A DNA stretch of 32,000 nucleotides from an uncultured Opitutales bacterium (GTDB lineage: Bacteria > Verrucomicrobiota > Verrucomicrobiia > Opitutales > Intestinicryptomonadaceae): contig CAKUIA010000008.1 of the NCBI GenBank assembly GCA_934660865.1, forward strand, positions 60,001 through 92,000. The letters are read 5' to 3'. Position 1 is the stretch's first letter; each line of letters starts with the position of its first letter. The position numbers were made by a program, and so were the translations under genes. Below the pieces are notes generated by a model. That model was not told the DNA's origin. It worked only from the letters and a program-made list of their open reading frames with translations, and did no database searches. Positions 17,465-25,834 of this stretch are shown here, piece by piece.

Positions 17465-18220
17465 CTAAATGTCAAGCATTAGGGGGCAGTGGTCCGAACC
17501 CAAAACATTGTCGAGAATATCGGTATTCTTTACATTTTCGACCAAGTTAGGCGAAACCAAAAAGTAGTCTATTCTCCAGCCCACATTCCTTGCGCGCGCG
17601 CCTCCCCTAAAGCTCCACCACGAATATTTGTCGGTTTTTTCGGGGTTAAGTTTTCTCCAAATATCCACAAGGGGAACTTCCCTTAAAAGCAAATCCATAC
17701 CCCTTCTTTCCTGCTCGGTAAAGCCCGCGCTCATTGTGTTGTCTTTGGGGCGCGCCAGGTCTATTTCGGTGTGGGCAACGTTCATATCGCCGCAAACAAC
17801 AATGCCGTTTGTTTTCGATTCGGCCGCCAAATAGTTGCGAAAATCGCAATCCCAGCACTTTTCGCGGTAGTCAAGCCTTTGCAGGTGGTCCTGCGAATTG
17901 GGCACATACACGCTGTACAGCGAAAATCCGTCGAACTCGGCCCTGGTTATGCGCCCCTCTTCGGGGTGGTTTTCAAGCCTTATGCTTTGCATGGAAAGCG
18001 GCTTTACGTTGCTTAGAATTGCAGTTCCCGCATATCCGGGCTTTTCGGAAAAGCCGAACTGCGCATACTTAAACGGAAGCTGTATTTTTGCCAGCTCCTT
18101 TTGCGGTATGCGCGTTTCCTGCAGGCACAAAACATCGGGTTTATACTGCTCTACAAATTCGTAGAAATTCTTTTTTACAACGGCTCTAAGCCCGTTTACG
18201 TTCCAGCTAAATATCCTCAT
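17465..18220 (-). CDS. xth: Exodeoxyribonuclease III (AP endonuclease family 1)
   Basis: 251-aa ORF with the MRIFSWNVNGLRA N-terminus, LCLQETR, and C-terminal SDHCPL. The ATG at 18220-18218 lies 14 nt inside the 3' end of the upstream SNF2 gene. Confidence 0.9.
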   Translation of the reverse strand: MRIFSWNVNGLRAVVKKNFYEFVEQYKPDVLCLQETRIPQKELAKIQLPFKYAQFGFSEKPGYAGTAILSNVKPLSMQSIRLENHPEEGRITRAEFDGFSLYSVYVPNSQDHLQRLDYREKCWDCDFRNYLAAESKTNGIVVCGDMNVAHTEIDLARPKDNTMSAGFTEQERRGMDLLLREVPLVDIWRKLNPEKTDKYSWWSFRGGARARNVGWRIDYFLVSPNLVENVKNTDILDNVLGSDHCPLMLDI

Positions 18221-20702
18221 AGTTGTCGCAAATATTGTTGTTGTCGAATGCGTTTAAAATAAGCGAAAGCGTCTGCGCAAATTCCGAGCTTTCCGAAACG
18301 TTTTTTATGTTGCCGAACATATTTTCGAAAAGCTCTTTTTTGCCTATTTGCAGGCGGCGCACCGCGTCTTCCACCGTGCCGCGCGCGTACATTTTGTATA
18401 CAAAAACGTCGCATTTTCGGCCTATGCGGTGCACTCGGTCTATTGCCTGCTCTTCAACCGCGGGGTTCCACCACGGATCCATAAAGAAAACATAGTCGGC
18501 CTCGGTAAGGGTTATTCCCGTGCCGCCCGCCTTTAGGCTTACCAAAATCAGGGCCGAATTTTTCGTTTCCTGAAAGGACTTTACGGGCAGCACCCTGTCG
18601 CGCGTAGAGCCCGTAAGCTCGTAGATTTCCATTTGCGGCACTTTTGTTTTTACCGCCGCCTTTATGCGCCTTAAAAAGCTTGTAAACTGGCTGAACACCA
18701 AAACCTTTTTTTGCCCCAAATAAAGCTCTAAAAGCTTGTCGGTAAGCGCCGAAATTTTGCCGCCGTCGAAAAGCGGGCAGTTTACGCCCGGCAAAAGCGA
18801 CGCATCGCAGCACGCCTGGCGCAGCCTTGTAAGCAGCGCCAAAACACCCATTCTCGACTGCGGATTTTTGCCCGCCATAGATTCGGCCAAATCGGCCTTT
18901 GCCAGGCGCAGGTACTTTTCGTATTCGGATTTTTGCAGGGGGCTAAGCGGGCAAAGCAGGTCAGAATATATCTTTTCGGGCAGCTGGCTGTCGACGTCTT
19001 TTTTAAGCCTTCTAAGGCAAAACGGCGCAATCTGCCTGCGGATTTTTTCCACCGCAGCTTTGGGGTCTTGCACATACATTTCCGCAAAGGCGGTTTTGTC
19101 GGGCAAAAGGTTCGGCATAAGCCAGCGGAATATCGTCCACAAATCCAGAATGTCGTTTTCAAGCGGCGTGCCCGTCAGCGCGATTTTGCGCTTTGCGCTT
19201 ATCGACATGCACGCCGCCGTTGTTTTCGCCTCGGGATTTTTTATAAACTGCGCTTCGTCGAGCACCGCCAATTCGAAGTTTGCCGATTCTATTTTGGCCC
19301 TGTTTTTTCTAAGCTGCGTATAGCTTGAAAGTATAAGCTGGGCTTTATTTGCGGCAAAGTCGAAGGCCGAATTTAAAACGGCGCATTTTATGTTGTCGAA
19401 AAACTTTGCGCACTCGCCCTCCCATACGGGAATTACCGAGGCCGGGCACACAACTATCGCGGAAGACGCCGTGTCTTTGCAAAATTCACCTACAAGCGAA
19501 AGCGTCTGCGCGGTTTTGCCCAAACCCATTTCGTCGGCAAGAAGCGCCGAGCAATTCCACGAAAATAACTTTTCCGCCCAGCGCACGCCCTTTTTTTGGT
19601 AGTCGCGCAAAAAGGCGGGAGCTTGCCCCGCATCTAATTTTGCGTTTTCAAAATCGTACAGATTGTGCCTTAGCTCGTCCGAAAACTTCGCGTTCGAGAA
19701 CTCCGAAAAAAGCGACAAAAGCATATACGACGGAATTTCGTTTGTGTCTTTGTTGCGCGCCTTTTCCAAAGCCGAGTAAAAGCGGCCGTATTCGGCGTTT
19801 AGCCTTACAGCCCCTAATTGCGGCACCAAAACCGCATTGCCGGAGCTTAGCTGTTTTAAAAACGAATTGTCTATCGTCTCGCCGCCGAGCACCAGCGACC
19901 AATCCAGACAAAACGAAGTCTTTTTGCCGTCCTTAAGCGAAAGGCTTGCCGACAAATCGGCGTTTCTTACGCCCTTTGCCAAAGCCTGCAAATTGCCGTT
20001 GCTTTCTATTTTAAAAAACTTTTTCCATACGGGCAGATACTGCCTTGCAAAGCTTTCTATTTTCCCTATGTCGCCGCAGTAGTGGGTATTCTTTTCGTAC
20101 GAAAAGCCCGCCTTTTTCGAAAACGCCGCCAGCCTTACCAGCTGCTCTTTTTCGGCGGTGTTAAGCGTAGAAATTGCGGCGTTTTTGCCGCCGTATACGG
20201 CAAGCCTTTTTTTGCCGTCCAGCAAATGGCATACAAAGCGCAATCCTCTGGGATATATGGTAAAAGAAAGCAGAAAATCGCGCGCCTTTTCGGGTTCTTC
20301 TTCGACGGGCGTTTGCTCTTGCAGATTGTCTTCTGGTTTGGCCTGCTGCGGCGTATCGGGCAAAGACGGCATTGCGTCGCACACAAGCTCCTGTATCTCG
20401 TACATGGCAGCGCAACAAAGCGCGTAGGTGGCGTCTTTTTCGGCAATGCTCGACCTAAACGTAAGGCCGCCGCCCTCAAGCCCCACAACGCAGTAGGGCT
20501 GCGAATTGTCGGGAAGCTTAAAGTTAACAAAAGCCTCGCTTTCGCCCAAGTCTATAGAGCTTACAAAACCCTGCTTGTAGAACTGCCTGCCCTTTTCAAG
20601 CTGCTGCGGCGAAAAGCGCTTTTCCCAATCGCGCAACAGGGCGTCGAGCCAAGCGCGAACAGCTTTGCCCGAATAGTTGGCTTTTGCCTTGCGAAGAAAC
20701 AT
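18207..20702 (-). CDS. SNF2-family DNA-dependent ATPase/helicase with a non-catalytic N-terminal region of about 370 aa
   Basis: 831-aa ORF with the helicase motifs LRDYQKKGVRW, LLADEMGLGKTAQT, VLDEAQFIKN, LTGTPLEND, KVLVFSQFTSFL, SLKAGGTGITLT and QAIDRVHRIG. Confidence 0.9.
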   Translation of the reverse strand: MFLRKAKANYSGKAVRAWLDALLRDWEKRFSPQQLEKGRQFYKQGFVSSIDLGESEAFVNFKLPDNSQPYCVVGLEGGGLTFRSSIAEKDATYALCCAAMYEIQELVCDAMPSLPDTPQQAKPEDNLQEQTPVEEEPEKARDFLLSFTIYPRGLRFVCHLLDGKKRLAVYGGKNAAISTLNTAEKEQLVRLAAFSKKAGFSYEKNTHYCGDIGKIESFARQYLPVWKKFFKIESNGNLQALAKGVRNADLSASLSLKDGKKTSFCLDWSLVLGGETIDNSFLKQLSSGNAVLVPQLGAVRLNAEYGRFYSALEKARNKDTNEIPSYMLLSLFSEFSNAKFSDELRHNLYDFENAKLDAGQAPAFLRDYQKKGVRWAEKLFSWNCSALLADEMGLGKTAQTLSLVGEFCKDTASSAIVVCPASVIPVWEGECAKFFDNIKCAVLNSAFDFAANKAQLILSSYTQLRKNRAKIESANFELAVLDEAQFIKNPEAKTTAACMSISAKRKIALTGTPLENDILDLWTIFRWLMPNLLPDKTAFAEMYVQDPKAAVEKIRRQIAPFCLRRLKKDVDSQLPEKIYSDLLCPLSPLQKSEYEKYLRLAKADLAESMAGKNPQSRMGVLALLTRLRQACCDASLLPGVNCPLFDGGKISALTDKLLELYLGQKKVLVFSQFTSFLRRIKAAVKTKVPQMEIYELTGSTRDRVLPVKSFQETKNSALILVSLKAGGTGITLTEADYVFFMDPWWNPAVEEQAIDRVHRIGRKCDVFVYKMYARGTVEDAVRRLQIGKKELFENMFGNIKNVSESSEFAQTLSLILNAFDNNNICDNYEDI

Positions 20703-20717
20703 AGACTTATGCGGCGG

Positions 20718-22181
20718 CTAAAAGCCCTTTGCGCGTTCGGCAACCGCCCACTTGTATATATTTGCGTATTCGGTAGCCGACTTCGACCACGAAAAATCCT
20801 TTTTCATGGCGTTTTGCTGCAAAAGCAGGTAGTCGGGCTTTCTGTCGTACCAAGTGGCAACCGCCCAGTCCATAGTGTTGTACAGCGCCCATGGGGTGGC
20901 TTCTATAAACGAAAATCCGCAGCCTGTCCTGTCTTTTTGGGAATAGTTTTGCACCGTATCCGAAAGCCCGCCCGTTGCCCTTACAAGCGGCAAAGTTCCG
21001 TAGCGCATTGAATACATTTGGTTTAGACCGCAGGGCTCGAAACGGCTTGGCATAAGGAAAAAGTCGCTGCCCGCCTCTATCAGGTGGGCAAGCTCGTTGT
21101 TGTAGCCTATATATACGCCCATTTTGCCTGCATGGCGCGCAGCCAGGTCGTTAAAGGCGTTTTCCAAATTCCTGTCGCCGCTGCCCAAAAGCACAATCTG
21201 AACCTTCATATTGTCGAGCACGGCGTCGCCTATATTGGCAAGCAAATCAAGCCCCTTTTGGTCGAACAGGCGCGAAACTACGCCGAAAACGGGAAGCTCG
21301 GAATTTTGCGCCAAACCCATTTTCTTTTGCAAAGCCTTTTTACATTCGGCCTTGCCCGCAAGCTGCGCCGCCGAAAAATGAGATGGTATAAACCTGTCTT
21401 TTTCGGGATTCCACTCGTCGGTATCTATGCCGTTTAAAACGCCGACAATGTCGGCCGACTTAAAGCGAACAATGCCGTCCAGCCCGCAGCCGAATTGGGG
21501 TGTTTGAATTTCCCTTGCATAAGTGGGGCTGACAGTGCTTACCTTTGTTGCGTTATAAAGCGCGCCCTTCATCAGGTTTACAACGCCGAAATGCTCGCAA
21601 TTATAGGGGTTGTAAACCGACTGCGGCAAACCCGCATATTCCAAAATGCCCCTGTCGAATACGCCCTGGTGCTGCATATTGTGTATGGTAAATACGCTTG
21701 CAGCCCTGCCCAGCTTAAAGTTTCTGAAATTGTTGTTTAGGTATAGAGGTATGTAGCCCGTCGGCCAATCGTGGCAATGCACAACGTCGGGGTACCATTC
21801 GTTTGCAACGCAAAAATCCAAAGCCGCCCTGCACAAAAACGCGTAGCGCGCCCCGTTGTCGTTGTACGAAACATCGCCGAAATTGTAAATGCCGGGCCTG
21901 TCGAAATAGCGGTTGAACTCAAGAAAATAAACTTCGGCTTTGCCCAGCGCGGTTTTCCAGACCTTGCAGTATTCCTCTATGCCAAGCCCCATGTGCACGC
22001 TAAGCACCGGCATGGCTTCTTCAAACTTATCCTTGTTCTTTATCGAAGAATACAAGGGTGTAATTATTTTTACTTCGTTTTTAGAGTCCGCCATCTCTTT
22101 CGACAGCGAAGCAACCATGTCGGCAAGCCCGCCAACTTTCGAAAACGGAGCAAGTTCGGAGGAAACCATTAATATTTTCAT
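20718..22181 (-). CDS. glgA: Glycogen/starch synthase (ADP-glucose type, GT5)
   Basis: The track ORF is 20718-22265. The conserved N-terminus MKILMVSSELAPFSKVGGLADMV begins at the ATG at 22181-22179. The C-terminal region has PSRFEPCGLNQMY. Confidence 0.9.
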   Translation of the reverse strand: MKILMVSSELAPFSKVGGLADMVASLSKEMADSKNEVKIITPLYSSIKNKDKFEEAMPVLSVHMGLGIEEYCKVWKTALGKAEVYFLEFNRYFDRPGIYNFGDVSYNDNGARYAFLCRAALDFCVANEWYPDVVHCHDWPTGYIPLYLNNNFRNFKLGRAASVFTIHNMQHQGVFDRGILEYAGLPQSVYNPYNCEHFGVVNLMKGALYNATKVSTVSPTYAREIQTPQFGCGLDGIVRFKSADIVGVLNGIDTDEWNPEKDRFIPSHFSAAQLAGKAECKKALQKKMGLAQNSELPVFGVVSRLFDQKGLDLLANIGDAVLDNMKVQIVLLGSGDRNLENAFNDLAARHAGKMGVYIGYNNELAHLIEAGSDFFLMPSRFEPCGLNQMYSMRYGTLPLVRATGGLSDTVQNYSQKDRTGCGFSFIEATPWALYNTMDWAVATWYDRKPDYLLLQQNAMKKDFSWSKSATEYANIYKWAVAERAKGF

Positions 22182-22192
22182 AGCCAAAGTAG

Positions 22193-22221
22193 ATTGTCTC
22201 ATATAGCCGTTTATTTTGCAA
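22193..22221 (-). promoter_or_regulatory. Putative sigma70-type promoter for glgA
   Basis: The minus strand reads TTGCAA (22221-22216), a 17-nt spacer, GACAAT (22198-22193), then 11 nt, then the ATG at 22181. Confidence 0.3.
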
Positions 22222-22271
22222 CCGTTTTTCTTGAAGAAGCGCAAAAAATATGCTTTGCTTTGCAAAGTGCT

Positions 22272-23177
22272 ATGAAAACGCTTTTTACCATTACAGGCAA
22301 CCTTTTGGCGGAATATACATTTAATACAAAGCCCTTTAAATCGGGCGAAACCGTCCGCGCCGAAAGCTCGTCGTTTCAGGTTGGCGGCAAGGGGGTAAAT
22401 GTATCGAAAGCCGCGAAAATTTTGGGTCTAAAAAGCGAGGCCATTATATTTGCCGCAGGCATAGAGGGCCAAAAGTGCAAAAACTGCCTTGCAAAAGAAA
22501 AGCTCGCCTTTAAGGCGTTCGAAATAGACGGCAATACGCGCACGGGGCTAGTTGTACGCGCAAACAATACCGAAACGACCTTTTTGGGCAAAGACGTTCC
22601 CGTTTCGGAAAGCGCGTTTAAAAAGGTCCTTTTACATATCAAAAAAACGGCAAAACCAGGCGATATTGTGGCCGTTTGCGGGTCTTTTCCGGGGTGGAAA
22701 GACTCTTTCGGCAAACTTCTTTTAAAACTTTGCGAAGAAAAAAATCTTGTTTTGTGCGCCGACACCTACGGAAAGCCCCTAAACTTTTTTGCATTCTGCA
22801 ACAATGCAAAGGGCTTGGGCATTTTAAAGATGAATAAAAAAGAGCTTTTGGGGCTTTTCGACAAAAAAGTCGCATACGAAAAGGCTTTCGAAAAACTGGT
22901 AAACACAAACTGCGCAAAGATATTTGCCGTTACAAACGGCGGGGAAAATTCGTTTATTTTCGAAAACGGCAAAACTTTTGAAAACACCCCCAAAGCCGTA
23001 AAGAAAATCGTTTCGGCAACGGGCTGCGGCGACATTGTTTTTGCCGGCCTTATAAAATTTATATACTGCGACAATGCGCCGGCAAAAAAGGCCTTTGAAA
23101 CCGCGCAGAAAATCGCGTCTCATTCGGCGCAAAGCCCAAAAGCAATAGACATTCCGAAAAAATATTCGGCAAAATAA
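22272..23177 (+). CDS. PfkB-family sugar-phosphate kinase (1-phosphofructokinase / tagatose-6-phosphate kinase subfamily)
   Basis: The track ORF is 22194-23177. The likely start is the ATG at 22272 (MKTLFTITGNLLAEYTF). It has the N-terminal motif VGGKGVNVSKA and the C-terminal anion-hole motif TGCGD. The TAA stop is immediately followed by the queA ATG. Confidence 0.8.
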   Translation: MKTLFTITGNLLAEYTFNTKPFKSGETVRAESSSFQVGGKGVNVSKAAKILGLKSEAIIFAAGIEGQKCKNCLAKEKLAFKAFEIDGNTRTGLVVRANNTETTFLGKDVPVSESAFKKVLLHIKKTAKPGDIVAVCGSFPGWKDSFGKLLLKLCEEKNLVLCADTYGKPLNFFAFCNNAKGLGILKMNKKELLGLFDKKVAYEKAFEKLVNTNCAKIFAVTNGGENSFIFENGKTFENTPKAVKKIVSATGCGDIVFAGLIKFIYCDNAPAKKAFETAQKIASHSAQSPKAIDIPKKYSAK

Positions 23178-24248
23178 ATGCACATTTCACAATTAGACTA
23201 CAATTTAGACCCAAAATTTATTGCGCAATTCCCGAGCGACAAAAGGGATATGGCAAAACTTTTGGTATACCACCGCAAAAGCGGCGAAATTTCGCACCAT
23301 ATTTTCAGAGAGTTGCCCGACTTGCTCGACACCAACTACCATATGTTCAGGAACAAAGTTGCCGTTTTAAAGGCGAGGATTATGGCGCAGCGCGAAAACG
23401 GCTGCAAATGCGAATGTCTTATCTTAAACCCCGCCAAAGAGTTGGGACACTGGTATTGTCTGTTAAAACCCGCAAAGCGAATGAAAATTGGCTCGCATTT
23501 TTCGGTTGCGGGCAGCTTTACCGCCCAAATTGTGGAAAAGTTTGAAGACGGCCGCGCCCTTGTGCGCTTCGACACCGAAAACGGGCAAAGCGTTGTAGAC
23601 GTAAGCGAGAAAATCGGCTATGTGCCGCTTCCGCCCTACATTCACCGCAACATAAATTCGCCCGAATACGACAGAAATTTCGACAACAACCGCTACGAAA
23701 CCGTATATGCCGACATTCACAAAAGAATGGCGGTTGCCGCCCCCACGGCGGGGCTTCACTTTACAAAAGAGCTTAACGAGACCCTGCAAAAAAGGGGAAA
23801 TTCGTTTTGCGACGTAGTTTTAAGGGTGGGCATTGGCACCTTTAAGCCGCTTACTTCCGACATAGTGGAAGAACACAAAATGCACACCGAGCTTTACGAA
23901 ATCCCCCAAAGCTCCATAGACGTTTTAAGGGATAAATCGGTAAAAAAGCTGGCAATCGGAACCACCTCGCTAAGGGCAATAGAGGACTTTTGCCGAAAAA
24001 ACCCGCAGTGCGAAAACGGCTATGTGGGCGAAGCTTCGCTTTTTGTGTATCCGCCGCAAAAAATCGTAAGCTGCGACGCGCTAATTACAAACTTCCATTT
24101 GCCGCGCTCTACGCTGATGTGCTTGGTTGGGGCCTTTCTAACCCCGGGCGAAAGCTCCGGCATAGAAATTTTAAAGGAAATATACGCCAAAGCCATGGAA
24201 AACGACTACCGTTTCTTTTCGTACGGCGACGCAATGCTTATCCAATAA
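23178..24248 (+). CDS. queA: S-adenosylmethionine:tRNA ribosyltransferase-isomerase
   Basis: 356-aa ORF with LDYNLDPKFIAQFP, VAAPTAGLHFT, LRVGIGTFKP, GTTSLRA, NFHLPRSTL and a C-terminal YRFFSYGDAMLI. Confidence 0.92.
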   Translation: MHISQLDYNLDPKFIAQFPSDKRDMAKLLVYHRKSGEISHHIFRELPDLLDTNYHMFRNKVAVLKARIMAQRENGCKCECLILNPAKELGHWYCLLKPAKRMKIGSHFSVAGSFTAQIVEKFEDGRALVRFDTENGQSVVDVSEKIGYVPLPPYIHRNINSPEYDRNFDNNRYETVYADIHKRMAVAAPTAGLHFTKELNETLQKRGNSFCDVVLRVGIGTFKPLTSDIVEEHKMHTELYEIPQSSIDVLRDKSVKKLAIGTTSLRAIEDFCRKNPQCENGYVGEASLFVYPPQKIVSCDALITNFHLPRSTLMCLVGAFLTPGESSGIEILKEIYAKAMENDYRFFSYGDAMLIQ

Positions 24249-24320
24249 AATTTACAGCTTGTTTGTATTTTGCAAATTACACCCGCGTTTACATAAGCGA
24301 AAGCCAGCGTTAAAAAACAA

Positions 24321-24358
24321 AAAATCCGCAACCGGTAAAAGTTGCGGATTTTGTTTTT
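24321..24358. terminator. Bidirectional rho-independent terminator between convergent queA and the oxidoreductase gene
   Basis: 12-bp perfect stem aaaatccgcaac (24321-24332) / gttgcggatttt (24341-24352) with an 8-nt loop. It is flanked by an A-tract upstream and a T-tract downstream, so it has a U-run in both orientations. Confidence 0.75.
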
Positions 24359-24376
24359 GCGAAAAGCCTTTGGCTG

Positions 24377-25750
24377 CTATGCTATGGGCTTTGTCTGCCA
24401 GCCTTCGCGCACGGGCTCTTTAATGAACTGCGCAATTTCGGGCCTGTTGGGCGACGACATTGTTTTGGCGTCCCATTCGATTTTGCCGCCAACTCTTTGC
24501 GCCAAAGAACCGAGCAATGCAACTTCGGTAAGCTGGGTTGCATACGTAAAGTTCGAACCGCATTCGGGGCCGTCGCCGCGTATTGCGTCGAACCATTCGC
24601 AATAGAGATTGCCCTTTCTTACTCTGGGAATCGTCTTTGCGGGCTGGTGGCGGCGGAATTCCTTGAAGAATTCGGTGTTCGACATTCTGGGGCTGTGGTT
24701 CGGGCGCGAACCCGTTTCCATTGTATGCTTGTCGCCCACCATAAGCATGCCGCCGCCGAATTTAAAGGGTCTGTCGCTAGGCCAGTCGTGCGGTTTTTTG
24801 GCGGGAATTTTGCCGCCGTCGTACCAATACATATCGCAGGCCGCCCTCTTGTCGGTTTTCGGGAACGACCATTTTACAACCGAGCGGTTCGGTATAAACA
24901 CCTTGCTGTCGAAAATATAGTCGGCTTCGACCAATTCCACGGAAACGGGATCTTTTAAGTCAAGGCACCATACTGGAGCGTCGCCCGTGTGGCAGAACCA
25001 GTCGCCCAACATACCCGTGCCGAATTCCCAGAAACCGCGCCACGAAAGGGGTGCATAAATGTGGTTATAGGGGGTGTCTTTCGCCTGGTTTAGCCACAAA
25101 TTCCAGTCTAAGTTGGAGGGAACTTGTTCCTTTTTAAGCGGGAAAATTTCGGGCGTTCTAAAATATATGTTGCCCCACTTCGGGCCCGAGCACATAACGT
25201 GAACTTCGCGCACATCGCCCAAAATGCCCGTATCGTACCATTCCTTAAGCATTCTTATCTGCTCGGTGGCATGCCCCTGGTTCATCATCTGGGTTTGAAC
25301 TTTGTAGTAGTTCTTGGCTTTCGCCAATTCCCTTGCCTGCCAAATGTTGTGGGTAAGGGGCTTTTGCACCGCAACGTGCTTGCCGCACTGCATTGCGTCT
25401 AGCGTGATTTTAAAGTGCGAATGGTCGGGGGTGGAAACGCAAACGGCGTCTATATCCTTGCCCATTTTGTCGAGCATTTCCCTGTAATCGGTAAAGAAGG
25501 GAGCGTCGGGGGCATACTTTTTGCGGTTATGGGCGGTATATGCGCCAGTATCTACGTCGCACAGGGCAACAATGTTAACTTCCTCTTTGGGCATGCCGTT
25601 AAATGTCATCGCCCCAATGCCGCCTACGCCGACGCAGGCAACATTTATCTTTTTAGAGGGATTTTTGCCCGAAGCTATCGAAAAGCTCGGAAGCACAAAG
25701 GCCGCCGCCGCCGAAACTCCGACATTTTTTATAAACTTTCTTCTGTCCAT
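24377..25750 (-). CDS. Gfo/Idh/MocA-family NAD(P)-dependent oxidoreductase with a twin-arginine (TAT) signal
   Basis: 457-aa ORF with a TAT-type N-terminus (MDRRKFIKNVGVSAAAAFVLPSFSIASG) and the Rossmann motif INVACVGVGGIG. Confidence 0.85.
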   Translation of the reverse strand: MDRRKFIKNVGVSAAAAFVLPSFSIASGKNPSKKINVACVGVGGIGAMTFNGMPKEEVNIVALCDVDTGAYTAHNRKKYAPDAPFFTDYREMLDKMGKDIDAVCVSTPDHSHFKITLDAMQCGKHVAVQKPLTHNIWQARELAKAKNYYKVQTQMMNQGHATEQIRMLKEWYDTGILGDVREVHVMCSGPKWGNIYFRTPEIFPLKKEQVPSNLDWNLWLNQAKDTPYNHIYAPLSWRGFWEFGTGMLGDWFCHTGDAPVWCLDLKDPVSVELVEADYIFDSKVFIPNRSVVKWSFPKTDKRAACDMYWYDGGKIPAKKPHDWPSDRPFKFGGGMLMVGDKHTMETGSRPNHSPRMSNTEFFKEFRRHQPAKTIPRVRKGNLYCEWFDAIRGDGPECGSNFTYATQLTEVALLGSLAQRVGGKIEWDAKTMSSPNRPEIAQFIKEPVREGWQTKPIA

Positions 25751-25834
25751 TTTGTATGTGTATTTTTTATGTTCCGTTTTAAGTTAAGTGCGCTTAAACC
25801 CTAGCACTAGTTTGCGCGCCATTACAATATTATT

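Noticed and set aside
15983-20702. Calling the SNF2 helicase plus queDEF a Dpd-type 7-deazaguanine DNA-modification/restriction island.
   Set aside because: The defining transglycosylase (DpdA/TGT-like), DpdB and the other Dpd genes are absent from the window. queF and queA point to tRNA queuosine synthesis, and glgA sits in the same array. I kept it only as a low-to-moderate interest neighbourhood observation.
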